A stretch of DNA of 64,000 nt from Rhodanobacteraceae bacterium (GTDB lineage: Bacteria > Pseudomonadota > Gammaproteobacteria > Xanthomonadales > SZUA-5). The DNA is taken from positions 9,048 to 73,047 of the forward strand of contig JANOQN010000072.1 of the NCBI GenBank assembly GCA_031422315.1. The letters are read 5' to 3'. A model generated the notes under the pieces. That model was not told the origin of the DNA, made no database searches, and saw nothing but the letters and a program-made list of their open reading frames with translations. Of this stretch, positions 28,194 through 36,383 are shown piece by piece (the stretch's first letter is position 1; each line of letters starts with the position of its first letter). The position numbers and the translations under genes were made by a program.

Positions 28194-30326
28194 ATGGTAA
28201 GGGGATTGGTGCAGGGCCTGTTCGCTCGCTTTTCGCGCTCGCCGGATGTTTCGGCCATTGATTCAGTGTCCGCTGTGTTGTTACCCAGCTATCAGGCATT
28301 GGCACAGCAAGAATGGAAACCCGTTTTAACCGCATTGGAGCTGACCCAGCTACTCAATCAAGGTGCTAAGCTGCGGCAGATTCAAGATTTGATGGGGCTG
28401 CCCCAGGCGGACTGGACGGCCTGCTGTCAATCGGCATTGGATGTATTTATGGAATCGGTGCAGCTCGCGCCTGCATCTGAGGTGCATCACCATGCGTTTT
28501 GCGGCGGGCTATTGGTACACACGCTCGACGCGCTGGTGTATGCGTTGACGCTGCGGCGCAAATACCAGCTGCCGGTCGGTGCTGGCGCGGAACGCGTGAA
28601 CCAGGCCGCGCTGTGCTGGACGTACGGCATTTTTGTCGCCGTCTTGTTGCACGATCCAGGCAAAGTAGGCTCGACCGTCACGCTACACGCGCAAACGCCC
28701 ACCGGTATTGTGCAGTGGAGTCCGCTCAGTGGCTCCATGCGCTCGCAAAACGTCAGCGCCTACAAGTTGGGTGTGGCTAAAGCTCCGTATCGCCTTCACA
28801 ACCAGGTCGCCACCGCGCTGTTCTCACAAGTTGTTCCGGCTGCCGGTAGGCAATGGCTCAGTGGCGATCATCAGCTGCTGGAACAAGTGCTTGCAGCTAT
28901 TTACGACGTGCATGCGATTGGCGCAGGCGCAATTGGTGAGATTCTGATGCAAGCCGATGGTTTGTCAGTGGCTAGGAATCTGGGCCAACCCGCGCCGCGC
29001 GGGCAAGTCACCGGTGCCAGCACGATTCCGCTGGTGGACAAATACATGCGCACCCTGCGCCAACTGCTGTCTAGCGGTAAGTTCGTGATGAACAAACCCG
29101 GCGCGCAGGTATTTGTGCCAAGAAAAAAACATCTCACTGAAGCTGATCACGACGTTTGGATCATGTGCAGAGCGGCAGCTGAAGCGATTGTGCAGGCGCT
29201 GCGCCAATCTGATCCAACCGTTCCCACTGCGCCAGAGCGGGTTTACGACACGCTGCAAGAGTTCGGCATGTGTGAGACCAATCCGCAGGGCCGCGCAATT
29301 TGGAACGTGACCGTACACGCAGGCGATTGGACAGCGGAGTTCAGCATGCTCAAGTTTCGGGCAGGCAGGCTGTTTGCCGCTACGAAAGTACCGTTATTTG
29401 CTGGCTCAGTGAAAGCCAAGAAACCCAGCACTGGGGCGAAAACCGAATCGACAAGCCCTGCACCAGCATCCAATCATCGAGCAGCTGCACCAGTGAACCC
29501 GCATGAGGCAACTGCACCCGATGGCTACACGCGGGCAACTGCACCAGAAAACAGCACACATAAATCTGCACCAGTTCACTACGATCAAGACACTGCACCA
29601 GATCACAACAGTTGGGAGGCTGATGAGCAACGTGCGGAAGCTGGGCCAATAACCTATGAGTTGGAATCTGGATCAATATCAAACCGTTCGGACGCTGCAC
29701 CAAATCCAAATCGTTCGGAAGCTGGATCTATTCGAAGCAAACCGGCGCCTGCACCAGCCCCGGCACGGCAAGCGGAGTTACTCAACTCACTGCTACAAAA
29801 GCCCAAACGCACCCCAAAACAAGCCGAGCTCATGACTACCCTACTGGCGCGCTCTACTGCCGCGCGAACCCCAGTACAAGCCAGCGCCAAATCACCGCAG
29901 GCCAAAGCGGCCGCGCGCAAACCGAATGCACCGACTGGTAGCACCGGCGTAGCGATTGGCGATGCGTTCTTCACTTGGATAAGTCAGCAGCTCACCAAAG
30001 CCGATGCGGATATCAACTCGCCGAGCGCGTTTTTGCACGTACACGACGACGGATTATTGCTTGTGACTCCCCGAATCTTTAAAGCATTTGCCGGTGAAGA
30101 ACAGTGGATGGCCACCCAAGCGGCCGTCACCGCTAGCGGGTTTAGTCTGACCGAGCAGCGCCGCCATGTTCACGCGTACCGAATCCAGGACGGACAGGGC
30201 AATATTGCGAAAGTCAGCCTGCAGTGCGTAGTGTTATTGAAAGATGCATTGCCAACGCTGTTTCCCGGCATGCAATTTCCACCGCCCAATGACAGTATTT
30301 TGTCGAGGCGTGCGCAACAAAAATAA
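28194..30326 (+). CDS. traI: MOBH-family ICE relaxase (TraI_2, HD domain)
   Basis: PASEVHHHAFCGGLLVHTL, LLHDPGK, ADGLSV; start re-assigned to ATG 28194 after AGGA. Confidence 0.92.
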   Translation: MVRGLVQGLFARFSRSPDVSAIDSVSAVLLPSYQALAQQEWKPVLTALELTQLLNQGAKLRQIQDLMGLPQADWTACCQSALDVFMESVQLAPASEVHHHAFCGGLLVHTLDALVYALTLRRKYQLPVGAGAERVNQAALCWTYGIFVAVLLHDPGKVGSTVTLHAQTPTGIVQWSPLSGSMRSQNVSAYKLGVAKAPYRLHNQVATALFSQVVPAAGRQWLSGDHQLLEQVLAAIYDVHAIGAGAIGEILMQADGLSVARNLGQPAPRGQVTGASTIPLVDKYMRTLRQLLSSGKFVMNKPGAQVFVPRKKHLTEADHDVWIMCRAAAEAIVQALRQSDPTVPTAPERVYDTLQEFGMCETNPQGRAIWNVTVHAGDWTAEFSMLKFRAGRLFAATKVPLFAGSVKAKKPSTGAKTESTSPAPASNHRAAAPVNPHEATAPDGYTRATAPENSTHKSAPVHYDQDTAPDHNSWEADEQRAEAGPITYELESGSISNRSDAAPNPNRSEAGSIRSKPAPAPAPARQAELLNSLLQKPKRTPKQAELMTTLLARSTAARTPVQASAKSPQAKAAARKPNAPTGSTGVAIGDAFFTWISQQLTKADADINSPSAFLHVHDDGLLLVTPRIFKAFAGEEQWMATQAAVTASGFSLTEQRRHVHAYRIQDGQGNIAKVSLQCVVLLKDALPTLFPGMQFPPPNDSILSRRAQQK
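29431..29775 (+). repeat. Degenerate 27-bp (9-aa) tandem repeat in the relaxase linker
   Basis: CTGCACC at 29458, 29485, 29512, 29539, 29566, 29593; second in-phase series of CTG-starting motifs at 29641, 29668, 29695, 29722, 29749. Confidence 0.85.
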
Positions 30327-30401
30327 GTGAGTCTGTAGGTTCAGCGCAGGCACTGGCGATTGACGGTTACAATTGTGTTACGAACTCAATAAGAAACGCG
30401 A

Positions 30402-31361
30402 ATGACCCTAGATGAGCTGGTCGAAGACTACGTGGCGCACCGATTTATTCGGCCAGAGACTAAAAAAGCCTACCGCCAGCGAGTTCGAACGATTACCGCG
30501 CGCTGCGGCGACATTGCAGTTGAGGACGTAACCATCGAAACCGTGCGCAAATATTTTCAAGCACTGATCAAAGACGGCAATACCCAGGCCACCTGGACAA
30601 GCAACCGACGGCATTTTTTGACGCTATGGAAGCATGCGATAGAACTCGGCCATGCGCGATCAAACCCATGGCGTTCAATACCTCCCGGCAATAGCGTCCG
30701 AACGCCTAAACCGATTGCGGATGAACACCTAAAATTAGCTTTCAACTCGATTGGATTGCGACCGGACAAATATCGGCCGCACCTGTTCTGGCGGGTGATG
30801 ATTATAATTTTTAGCCTGACCGCGATACGGCGGGCTCAGCTGGTAGGCCTTGAGTGGCGAGACATCATCATTGAAGGCGATGAAGTACCGCACCTCAAAT
30901 GCAGACGTGAAACTTCAAAAACCCACCGGGAATATCCAGTGCCGCTATGCGAAATGAGTCAGCGAGTACTGGCGAATTTCAAGCGCATATCACAGGAATT
31001 ATGGGACAGCGAACCGCAGTTTTTGGCAAGCCAAGTATTCAATTTTGAGCTGCACCGCAACGGAAATAATTCGAACCCGTTTACCCTCACCGCAGATCAT
31101 GTATCGCTGTTCTTCAAGCGGCTTTCCGAAGACTTGGGCATCAAGATATCCCCACACCGCATTCGGCACCGAACCGCCACGCAACTTGCTAGGTTGATGC
31201 ATCCGAAGGAATTGCAGGAGTTTTTGGGCCATACGCAGTACTCAACTACGGCTATGTATTTGTGGCCGCCACTGGAAGAGCAAGCTATCGCAGTTAACAA
31301 GCTCGTTGCGTTGGATGAGCAAAAACAAATTTTTTCGCGGATGCCTTGGGAAGTGGGTTAG
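30402..31361 (+). CDS. int: ICE tyrosine integrase
   Basis: TAIRRAQL, SKTHREY.VP, SPHRIRH, LGH, AMY; lies between relaxase and att site. Confidence 0.92.
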   Translation: MTLDELVEDYVAHRFIRPETKKAYRQRVRTITARCGDIAVEDVTIETVRKYFQALIKDGNTQATWTSNRRHFLTLWKHAIELGHARSNPWRSIPPGNSVRTPKPIADEHLKLAFNSIGLRPDKYRPHLFWRVMIIIFSLTAIRRAQLVGLEWRDIIIEGDEVPHLKCRRETSKTHREYPVPLCEMSQRVLANFKRISQELWDSEPQFLASQVFNFELHRNGNNSNPFTLTADHVSLFFKRLSEDLGIKISPHRIRHRTATQLARLMHPKELQEFLGHTQYSTTAMYLWPPLEEQAIAVNKLVALDEQKQIFSRMPWEVG

Positions 31362-31374
31362 TCGGCAGCTAGAC

Positions 31375-31566
31375 TCACAACACTTGCGCAGCATCGCGAG
31401 CGACTGCTGTCTGGTTTCGCGCTCGGGCTACTAGGCTTAGGGCGTCAATGATTAAAGTGGGATCGTCTAATTCATTGCATGCTTTAAAATACGCTGCGAT
31501 ATCTTCTTTACTTTTGAGGTAGTCAACCGTGTCATATCGGCGAAATCCTTTGGGAATATCCTTCAT
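31375..31566 (-). pseudogene. Addiction-module antidote protein (HI1420-like) truncated at the HTH
   Basis: YDTVDYLKSKEDIAAY...AL..VARAR..TAVARDA then stop. Confidence 0.7.
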
Positions 31567-31730
31567 TTTCTTTCTCGGCTTCTCGCCCATAACTTCACTG
31601 CGGCATGACTAAAGACTCTGCCAGCGCTAACATCTGCCATTCCTTCAAGCGTCAAACGGGTGCGTTCCTCTTCATCATGGGTCAATGGAGCTTCTGCAGA
31701 AAGCAATTTTGTATCAATCGCGAGTAGCAT
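31563..31730 (-). pseudogene. C-terminal part of a CopG/RHH-type antitoxin lacking the RHH domain
   Basis: Hand translation ...EEERTRLTLEGMADVSAGRVFSHAAVKLWARS. Confidence 0.6.
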
Positions 31731-31803
31731 TTTGAGCCGGATATAAAAGCGAATCGGTGTATTGTAGCGTCATCGCCAGAACAGCATCAGCTACGTCAGA
31801 AGC

Positions 31804-32127
31804 TTAATGCCAAAGTTGATATTCGGTTTCTGCCAGTGCTGAGGGCAAGTCTCGACGTACATGCAAAACACGCAAAACTTCTATTTCTAGTGGTTGCTCC
31901 CGATAAAGCACCAAATAAGGAAATTGAGCGAGACGACGAGCGCGCATGCCGGATATCAAATGACCAAACCGCTGGCTGCCGATCGCAGGATTTAAGCGAA
32001 TTGACATCACCAGTTTTTTGAATTCTTGGATAAATCTCAATGCGAGAGCCGGGCTTTCTTTCTCATAAAACGCAAACGCCTGGACAACATCGTTGTCCGC
32101 AAGTGGCGTTAAAAACTCAAGCTTCAT
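31804..32127 (-). CDS. parE: ParE/RelE family toxin
   Basis: A..D....FY, P.IGS, FPYLVLY, IEVLRVLH.RRD. Confidence 0.88.
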   Translation of the reverse strand: MKLEFLTPLADNDVVQAFAFYEKESPALALRFIQEFKKLVMSIRLNPAIGSQRFGHLISGMRARRLAQFPYLVLYREQPLEIEVLRVLHVRRDLPSALAETEYQLWH

Positions 32128-32375
32128 GCCTTAGCGAGAGCCGTTCCTCTCTCAATGACCGAATCGTAGTACGCGTCGTTAATGAGAATTAGTGGCCCTG
32201 AATTTAGACCTTCGATCACCATCGACTTCAATTGCGCTTCGGCTACATGGACTTGATCACGGCGCACTAGCTCGCATAAATAGTCTTCTACCGAGGTGAA
32301 GCCACCTGCCTTAATTTGCAGGTTTACGAAATCTTTCATTGGACCGGGAAATAAGACGCTCATTGCATTTACCAC
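32124..32375 (-). CDS. parD: ParD-type (CC2985-like) antitoxin
   Basis: MSVLFPGPMKDFV..QI..GGF.S..DY..ELVRRDQ...EGLNSG; ATGA overlap with parE; start uncertain (32375 or 32363). Confidence 0.85.
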   Translation of the reverse strand: MVNAMSVLFPGPMKDFVNLQIKAGGFTSVEDYLCELVRRDQVHVAEAQLKSMVIEGLNSGPLILINDAYYDSVIERGTALAKA

Positions 32376-32664
32376 ACAGGTTTTACACGACCATAAGACT
32401 ACCAAATAATTGGCATTTTCGACATGCCGAGTCTTGCACCGTAGTTTTCTAACTAATAACTGAACATCGCCATCACCAATGACTCGAACAGCACCAAAAA
32501 CCTCGTCTTCAGAACGTTGTCTCTCACACCCCAAAACTTTCGCCGGTTTCCACAACTTTTACGCTTCAATATGCCAAAAGTTTACCGCACGCTAACAAAG
32601 TGATATTAATGTAAACAAGGGACTTGATTTGTACGTAACACCCTGTACAATTCACCCTGGAAGT

Positions 32665-32709
32665 CTTTTAATCCGTTGGTCCCGAGTTCGAATCTCGGGC
32701 GACCCACCA
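32665..32709 (+). other. att site: 3' 45 bp of tRNA-Lys(UUU)
   Basis: CTTTTAATCCGTTGGTCCCGAGTTCGAATCTCGGGCGACCCACCA (anticodon loop, T arm, CCA); no 5' half upstream. Confidence 0.9.
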
Positions 32710-32797
32710 AAATTAATTGTGCTTCGGAACCCCGTTCGCAGCGTTGGACAAACCGATTGCGCGCCTAGCGATCTGCTCCAAGCACAAGGCTAACAAC

Positions 32798-33733
32798 ATG
32801 TTGCCTCGCGCACTCAAAGCGCTGTCTCGAATCGCTATCGTCATGTTAATCAGCGGATTTCTTGCGCTCACACTTGTTCGTTCATATGTGCAGCCGCCGA
32901 GCGCATCGATTCTAGGGCGGCACGCGGATGCTAGCCAGCGCGTCAATTTTGACCAAAACTTGTGGGGCGGTGCTAATTTACTGCAAAGCTACGCGAGCTT
33001 GCTGACCCACTATGTGCGTGGTGACTGGGGCAAAAGTTACGTTGATAGCGTTGATATCCGCAGCGAGTTTGGGCATCGATTGCGATTGAGCTCTGCGCTG
33101 ATGCTGCCGGGCGCGCTGCTGGCACATCTAATTGCAATGATGGCGGCGCTGTGGAGCCCGCGATTTGCTGCGCTGGCCAACTTGAGTTTGGCGGCGGGCG
33201 TGTTGCTCAGCGCGGTGTTCACTCAATACGTTCTGAGCCACCCAAGCGCGCTGAATCTATTGCCGGTTTTGCAGTTTAATCATGGCGTTCTGCAAAGCGG
33301 CTGGCTGAACTACTTCATCGCCATCGCAGCGCCCAGCATCGCGATTGTTTTAGGCGGTTTTGGCCTGTTATACCCGCACTACCTTGCGCTGCAAACGCAG
33401 GCCCTGGCTAGCCCACAGCTGCAAGCATGTCAAGCACTTGGCCTGCCGCGCTGGTACAGGTGGCGCGTGGCGTTGAGCATGGTGCAAGGCCCAGTAGCAG
33501 CTAGAGTACTGCTTAGCGTTCCGCTATTGATGTTGAGCGGCAGCGTGGTTTTAGAGGCGGTTTTCAATGCCCCTGGCGTGGGCCAATTTGCGCATGCAGC
33601 TGCGCAAAATGCCGACGCGCCTGCGCTGCTGGCGGTTGCCATGATTGGCTCTGGCATGATTGCCGCTGCGGTATCTTTGAGCGACACCGTATTAGCGCTG
33701 TTAGACCCGCGTATTGGCAGCACACCGCGGTGA
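32798..33733 (+). CDS. Peptide ABC transporter permease (OppB/DppB-like)
   Basis: GDWGKS, ACQALGL, GSVVLEAVFNAPGVG, LLDPRI. Confidence 0.85.
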   Translation: MLPRALKALSRIAIVMLISGFLALTLVRSYVQPPSASILGRHADASQRVNFDQNLWGGANLLQSYASLLTHYVRGDWGKSYVDSVDIRSEFGHRLRLSSALMLPGALLAHLIAMMAALWSPRFAALANLSLAAGVLLSAVFTQYVLSHPSALNLLPVLQFNHGVLQSGWLNYFIAIAAPSIAIVLGGFGLLYPHYLALQTQALASPQLQACQALGLPRWYRWRVALSMVQGPVAARVLLSVPLLMLSGSVVLEAVFNAPGVGQFAHAAAQNADAPALLAVAMIGSGMIAAAVSLSDTVLALLDPRIGSTPR

Positions 33734-34527
33734 AAGCCATCTATAGAAATATCGCATTGATTATATTGCTGAGCTACGCATGCATTGCGCTGCTGACCCA
33801 AATCGGCTGGCTCGGCAGCACGCTCAATAGCCAAATCAGCGCCGCACATCAGGGCATTAGCTGGACGCATCCATTGGGCACCAGTGCGCTAGGGCTTGAT
33901 TTTACCGCGCTATTTTTTCATGCCGTGCGCGCGCTTTTCGCGCAAGCGCTGCCGGGCGCAATCTTGGCGCTGGCCATCGGCGCGCTGGCCGGCATCGGAG
34001 CGGGCATGCAAAGGGGTGGCTGGCTTGATCGACTCGTACTGACGGCTGCTGATGTGTTTGACGGCGTGCCCGGATACTTATTGTTGGTCGCGTTTGCCGG
34101 AGTATTTCGGAACGTGCCTGGAGCGATGGTTTTGCTGTTGGCGGCCTCATTTTGGCCATCGGTGGCGCGGATAGTACGCATTGAAGTGCAGCGCATGAGC
34201 GCCTTGCCCTGGTCAGATGCCGCTAAATTGCTGGGCTTGAGGCCAATTCAGCTCATCACTCAGCAATATTTACCGGTGCTCAAACCGGTGCTGTGGGCCG
34301 CGTTTCTAGTTACCGCTGCTGATTGCGTCAAAGCACAGGTGGTTTTGAGCTTTTTGGGGCTAGATGCATCTACTACTTGGTCGTTCGGAACGTTAATTGC
34401 CGAGGGTAGCTACGATATGGTGGCTTTCAAGTTCAACGCCTTGCTGGTAGGTTGCACCGGCTTGCTCCTTTTTCTTTTGGCTCTTCATGCGCAAATTCGC
34501 CGAATTACTATGTTTCAATCAATCTAA
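33730..34527 (+). CDS. Peptide ABC transporter permease (OppC/DppC-like)
   Basis: HPLGT..LG.D, ARIVR, DAAKLLG, LSFLGL. Confidence 0.85.
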   Translation: MKAIYRNIALIILLSYACIALLTQIGWLGSTLNSQISAAHQGISWTHPLGTSALGLDFTALFFHAVRALFAQALPGAILALAIGALAGIGAGMQRGGWLDRLVLTAADVFDGVPGYLLLVAFAGVFRNVPGAMVLLLAASFWPSVARIVRIEVQRMSALPWSDAAKLLGLRPIQLITQQYLPVLKPVLWAAFLVTAADCVKAQVVLSFLGLDASTTWSFGTLIAEGSYDMVAFKFNALLVGCTGLLLFLLALHAQIRRITMFQSI

Positions 34528-34540
34528 TCCAGTTAACCGT

Positions 34541-35002
34541 TTGAATTTTCTACGATTACTGATCAGCTCAGTGCTGGCATTGCAGCTTTACGGCTGCGCT
34601 AATAACCCAAAAGTCGTCGCTAGCCCGCAAGTTTTGCTGCAAAGCCTGCGCATTGCCGCGGGTGCCAACGCAACAAGCAATGCCGAAGCGCGCATTTTGA
34701 TGCACAATTTTTCCAACATACCCATGACGTTTACTAGCATGCGCGGCGAATTTAAGGTAGCGGGCCGTTTCGCGGCGCCGATTGACTTAGATTTTTCGCT
34801 AGAAATTCCCGCTGAAAGCCCAGAAAACGTCAACGCTACGCTAGTGCTGAGCCCAGAGGCTGCAGTCTCATTGAGCGCATCTCACCCCCTTCAATACACA
34901 TTGCAAGGCACCATCACCACGATCAAGCCAAGCCGCAGCTTCAAGTTTTTTTACGAGGGTCAGTTGAATCCGACGCCAGGGGTAATAGGTGCTTGGCGTT
35001 AA
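34541..35002 (+). CDS. LEA_2/WHy-type lipoprotein
   Basis: Lipobox LYGC, beta-rich, ends L.PTPG..G.WR; start uncertain. Confidence 0.65.
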   Translation: MNFLRLLISSVLALQLYGCANNPKVVASPQVLLQSLRIAAGANATSNAEARILMHNFSNIPMTFTSMRGEFKVAGRFAAPIDLDFSLEIPAESPENVNATLVLSPEAAVSLSASHPLQYTLQGTITTIKPSRSFKFFYEGQLNPTPGVIGAWR

Positions 35003-35099
35003 TAGCCGTGGATAATGCTGTGGAAGTTGAGCACTCATTTGACACACAAACTCGCCAATTCACCTTAAGCTAGGCGTCAATTGGTCTCGGTGATTTCCC

Positions 35100-36218
35100 A
35101 TGCAAAGCAACTCGCCCTTATTTCAGCACATCAAACCATTTGGCTATCTACTGGCGCTTGCCGTGCCTGCACTCTTACCGCTTGGCCTATATTTGGGCAG
35201 TTGGACCGGCTACTTAAATCTGTTCACGTGGCTCCCCCTGGCGGTGTTGTTTGTCATTCTGCCGAGCGTGGACTACTTAATCGGGCGCGATACGCATAAT
35301 TTAAGCGAACAAGATTTCAATAAACTTGAGCGCCAGCCGCTCTATCAAGCGCTTACGCTGCTGTGCCTTCCGATTTATTTGCTGCTGCTTTTTTATGCCG
35401 CAGGTTGGTTTAAATTAGGCCTGCTTAACGGCTTTGGATTAACCGGGTTAGTGCTTTCACATGGCGTGATTGGCGGCGTTGTGGCGATCAATGCGGCGCA
35501 TGAGCTTATCCATAAATCTAGCCGGTTTGAGTCCACCATCGGTGGCTTACTGCTGGCCTGCGTGGGCTATGGCAGCTTCAAAGTTGAGCATGTGCGCGGG
35601 CACCACGTACATGTTTCCACGCCGCATGACGCCTCTAGTGCAACTTTTGGGCAAAACGTGTATGCGTTTGTCGTGCAATCAATTCCACGCAACGTGGTGA
35701 ACAGCTTTAAGTTGGAAGCCGAACGATTGCAAAAGCTCGGGATAACCAGATTTAGCTGGCGCAATGAAACGCTAATGTTGAGCGCTTTTAGCCTGCTGCT
35801 ATTGCTTAGCTTCGGGCTGTATTTTGGCCCGATCGGCGCATTATTTTTCGCACTGCAAGCGATCGTGGCGATTAGCACGCTGGAAGTTATCAACTACGTC
35901 GAGCATTACGGCCTAGAGCGCAAAAAACTGCCAAGCGGACGCTATGAGCGCACCACTCATTTGCATTCGTGGAATTCAAGCTATTTGCTGACAAATTTAC
36001 TACTTTTTCAACTTCAGCGACACTCCGATCACCACGAGAATCCGCGTCGGCGTTATCAAACCCTGCGGCATTTCGACGCCTCACCGCAGCTTCCGGGCGG
36101 CTATTCGGCGATGTTTTTGCTGGCACTCGTGCCGCCGCTATGGTTCAAAGTTATGAATCCGCGCGTTCCGGAGGCTGGGAAAATTATGCATGCGAATTTG
36201 GGATTGCCCACAACTTAG
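35100..36218 (+). CDS. alkB: Alkane 1-monooxygenase
   Basis: HELIHK, EHVRGHH, NYVEHYG, LQRHSDHH histidine boxes. Confidence 0.95.
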   Translation: MQSNSPLFQHIKPFGYLLALAVPALLPLGLYLGSWTGYLNLFTWLPLAVLFVILPSVDYLIGRDTHNLSEQDFNKLERQPLYQALTLLCLPIYLLLLFYAAGWFKLGLLNGFGLTGLVLSHGVIGGVVAINAAHELIHKSSRFESTIGGLLLACVGYGSFKVEHVRGHHVHVSTPHDASSATFGQNVYAFVVQSIPRNVVNSFKLEAERLQKLGITRFSWRNETLMLSAFSLLLLLSFGLYFGPIGALFFALQAIVAISTLEVINYVEHYGLERKKLPSGRYERTTHLHSWNSSYLLTNLLLFQLQRHSDHHENPRRRYQTLRHFDASPQLPGGYSAMFLLALVPPLWFKVMNPRVPEAGKIMHANLGLPTT

Positions 36219-36383
36219 CGTTCAAACTGAACTCAAGAAATCGAAATGGCAGCAAAAATGCTGTACTGCAACATTTCTGCAATGGTATCAGCCGATTTTG
36301 CAAGAACGCGCGGCTTGAAAGTTTGACACTGGTCGAGTCATTTTTTACTCACTCAACCATTTCCAACTTAGGCTTTCAAACCC

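Larger units (their letters stand above)
1..32709. mobile_element. PFGI-1/ICEclc-like (MPF-G) integrative conjugative element, right arm; left end lies outside the window
   Basis: Ordered MPF-G transfer genes, MOBH-type relaxase, tyrosine integrase and a tRNA-Lys 3' fragment at 32665-32709; housekeeping genes begin immediately after. Confidence 0.93.

Noticed and set aside
29431-29775. Periodic repeats as a CRISPR array
   Set aside because: The core is only 7-9 bp with a 27-bp period, lies in-frame within the relaxase, and there are no cas genes in the window.
32641-32709. Complete tRNA-Lys gene
   Set aside because: No D arm or 5' acceptor strand upstream of the anticodon loop; it is an att fragment.
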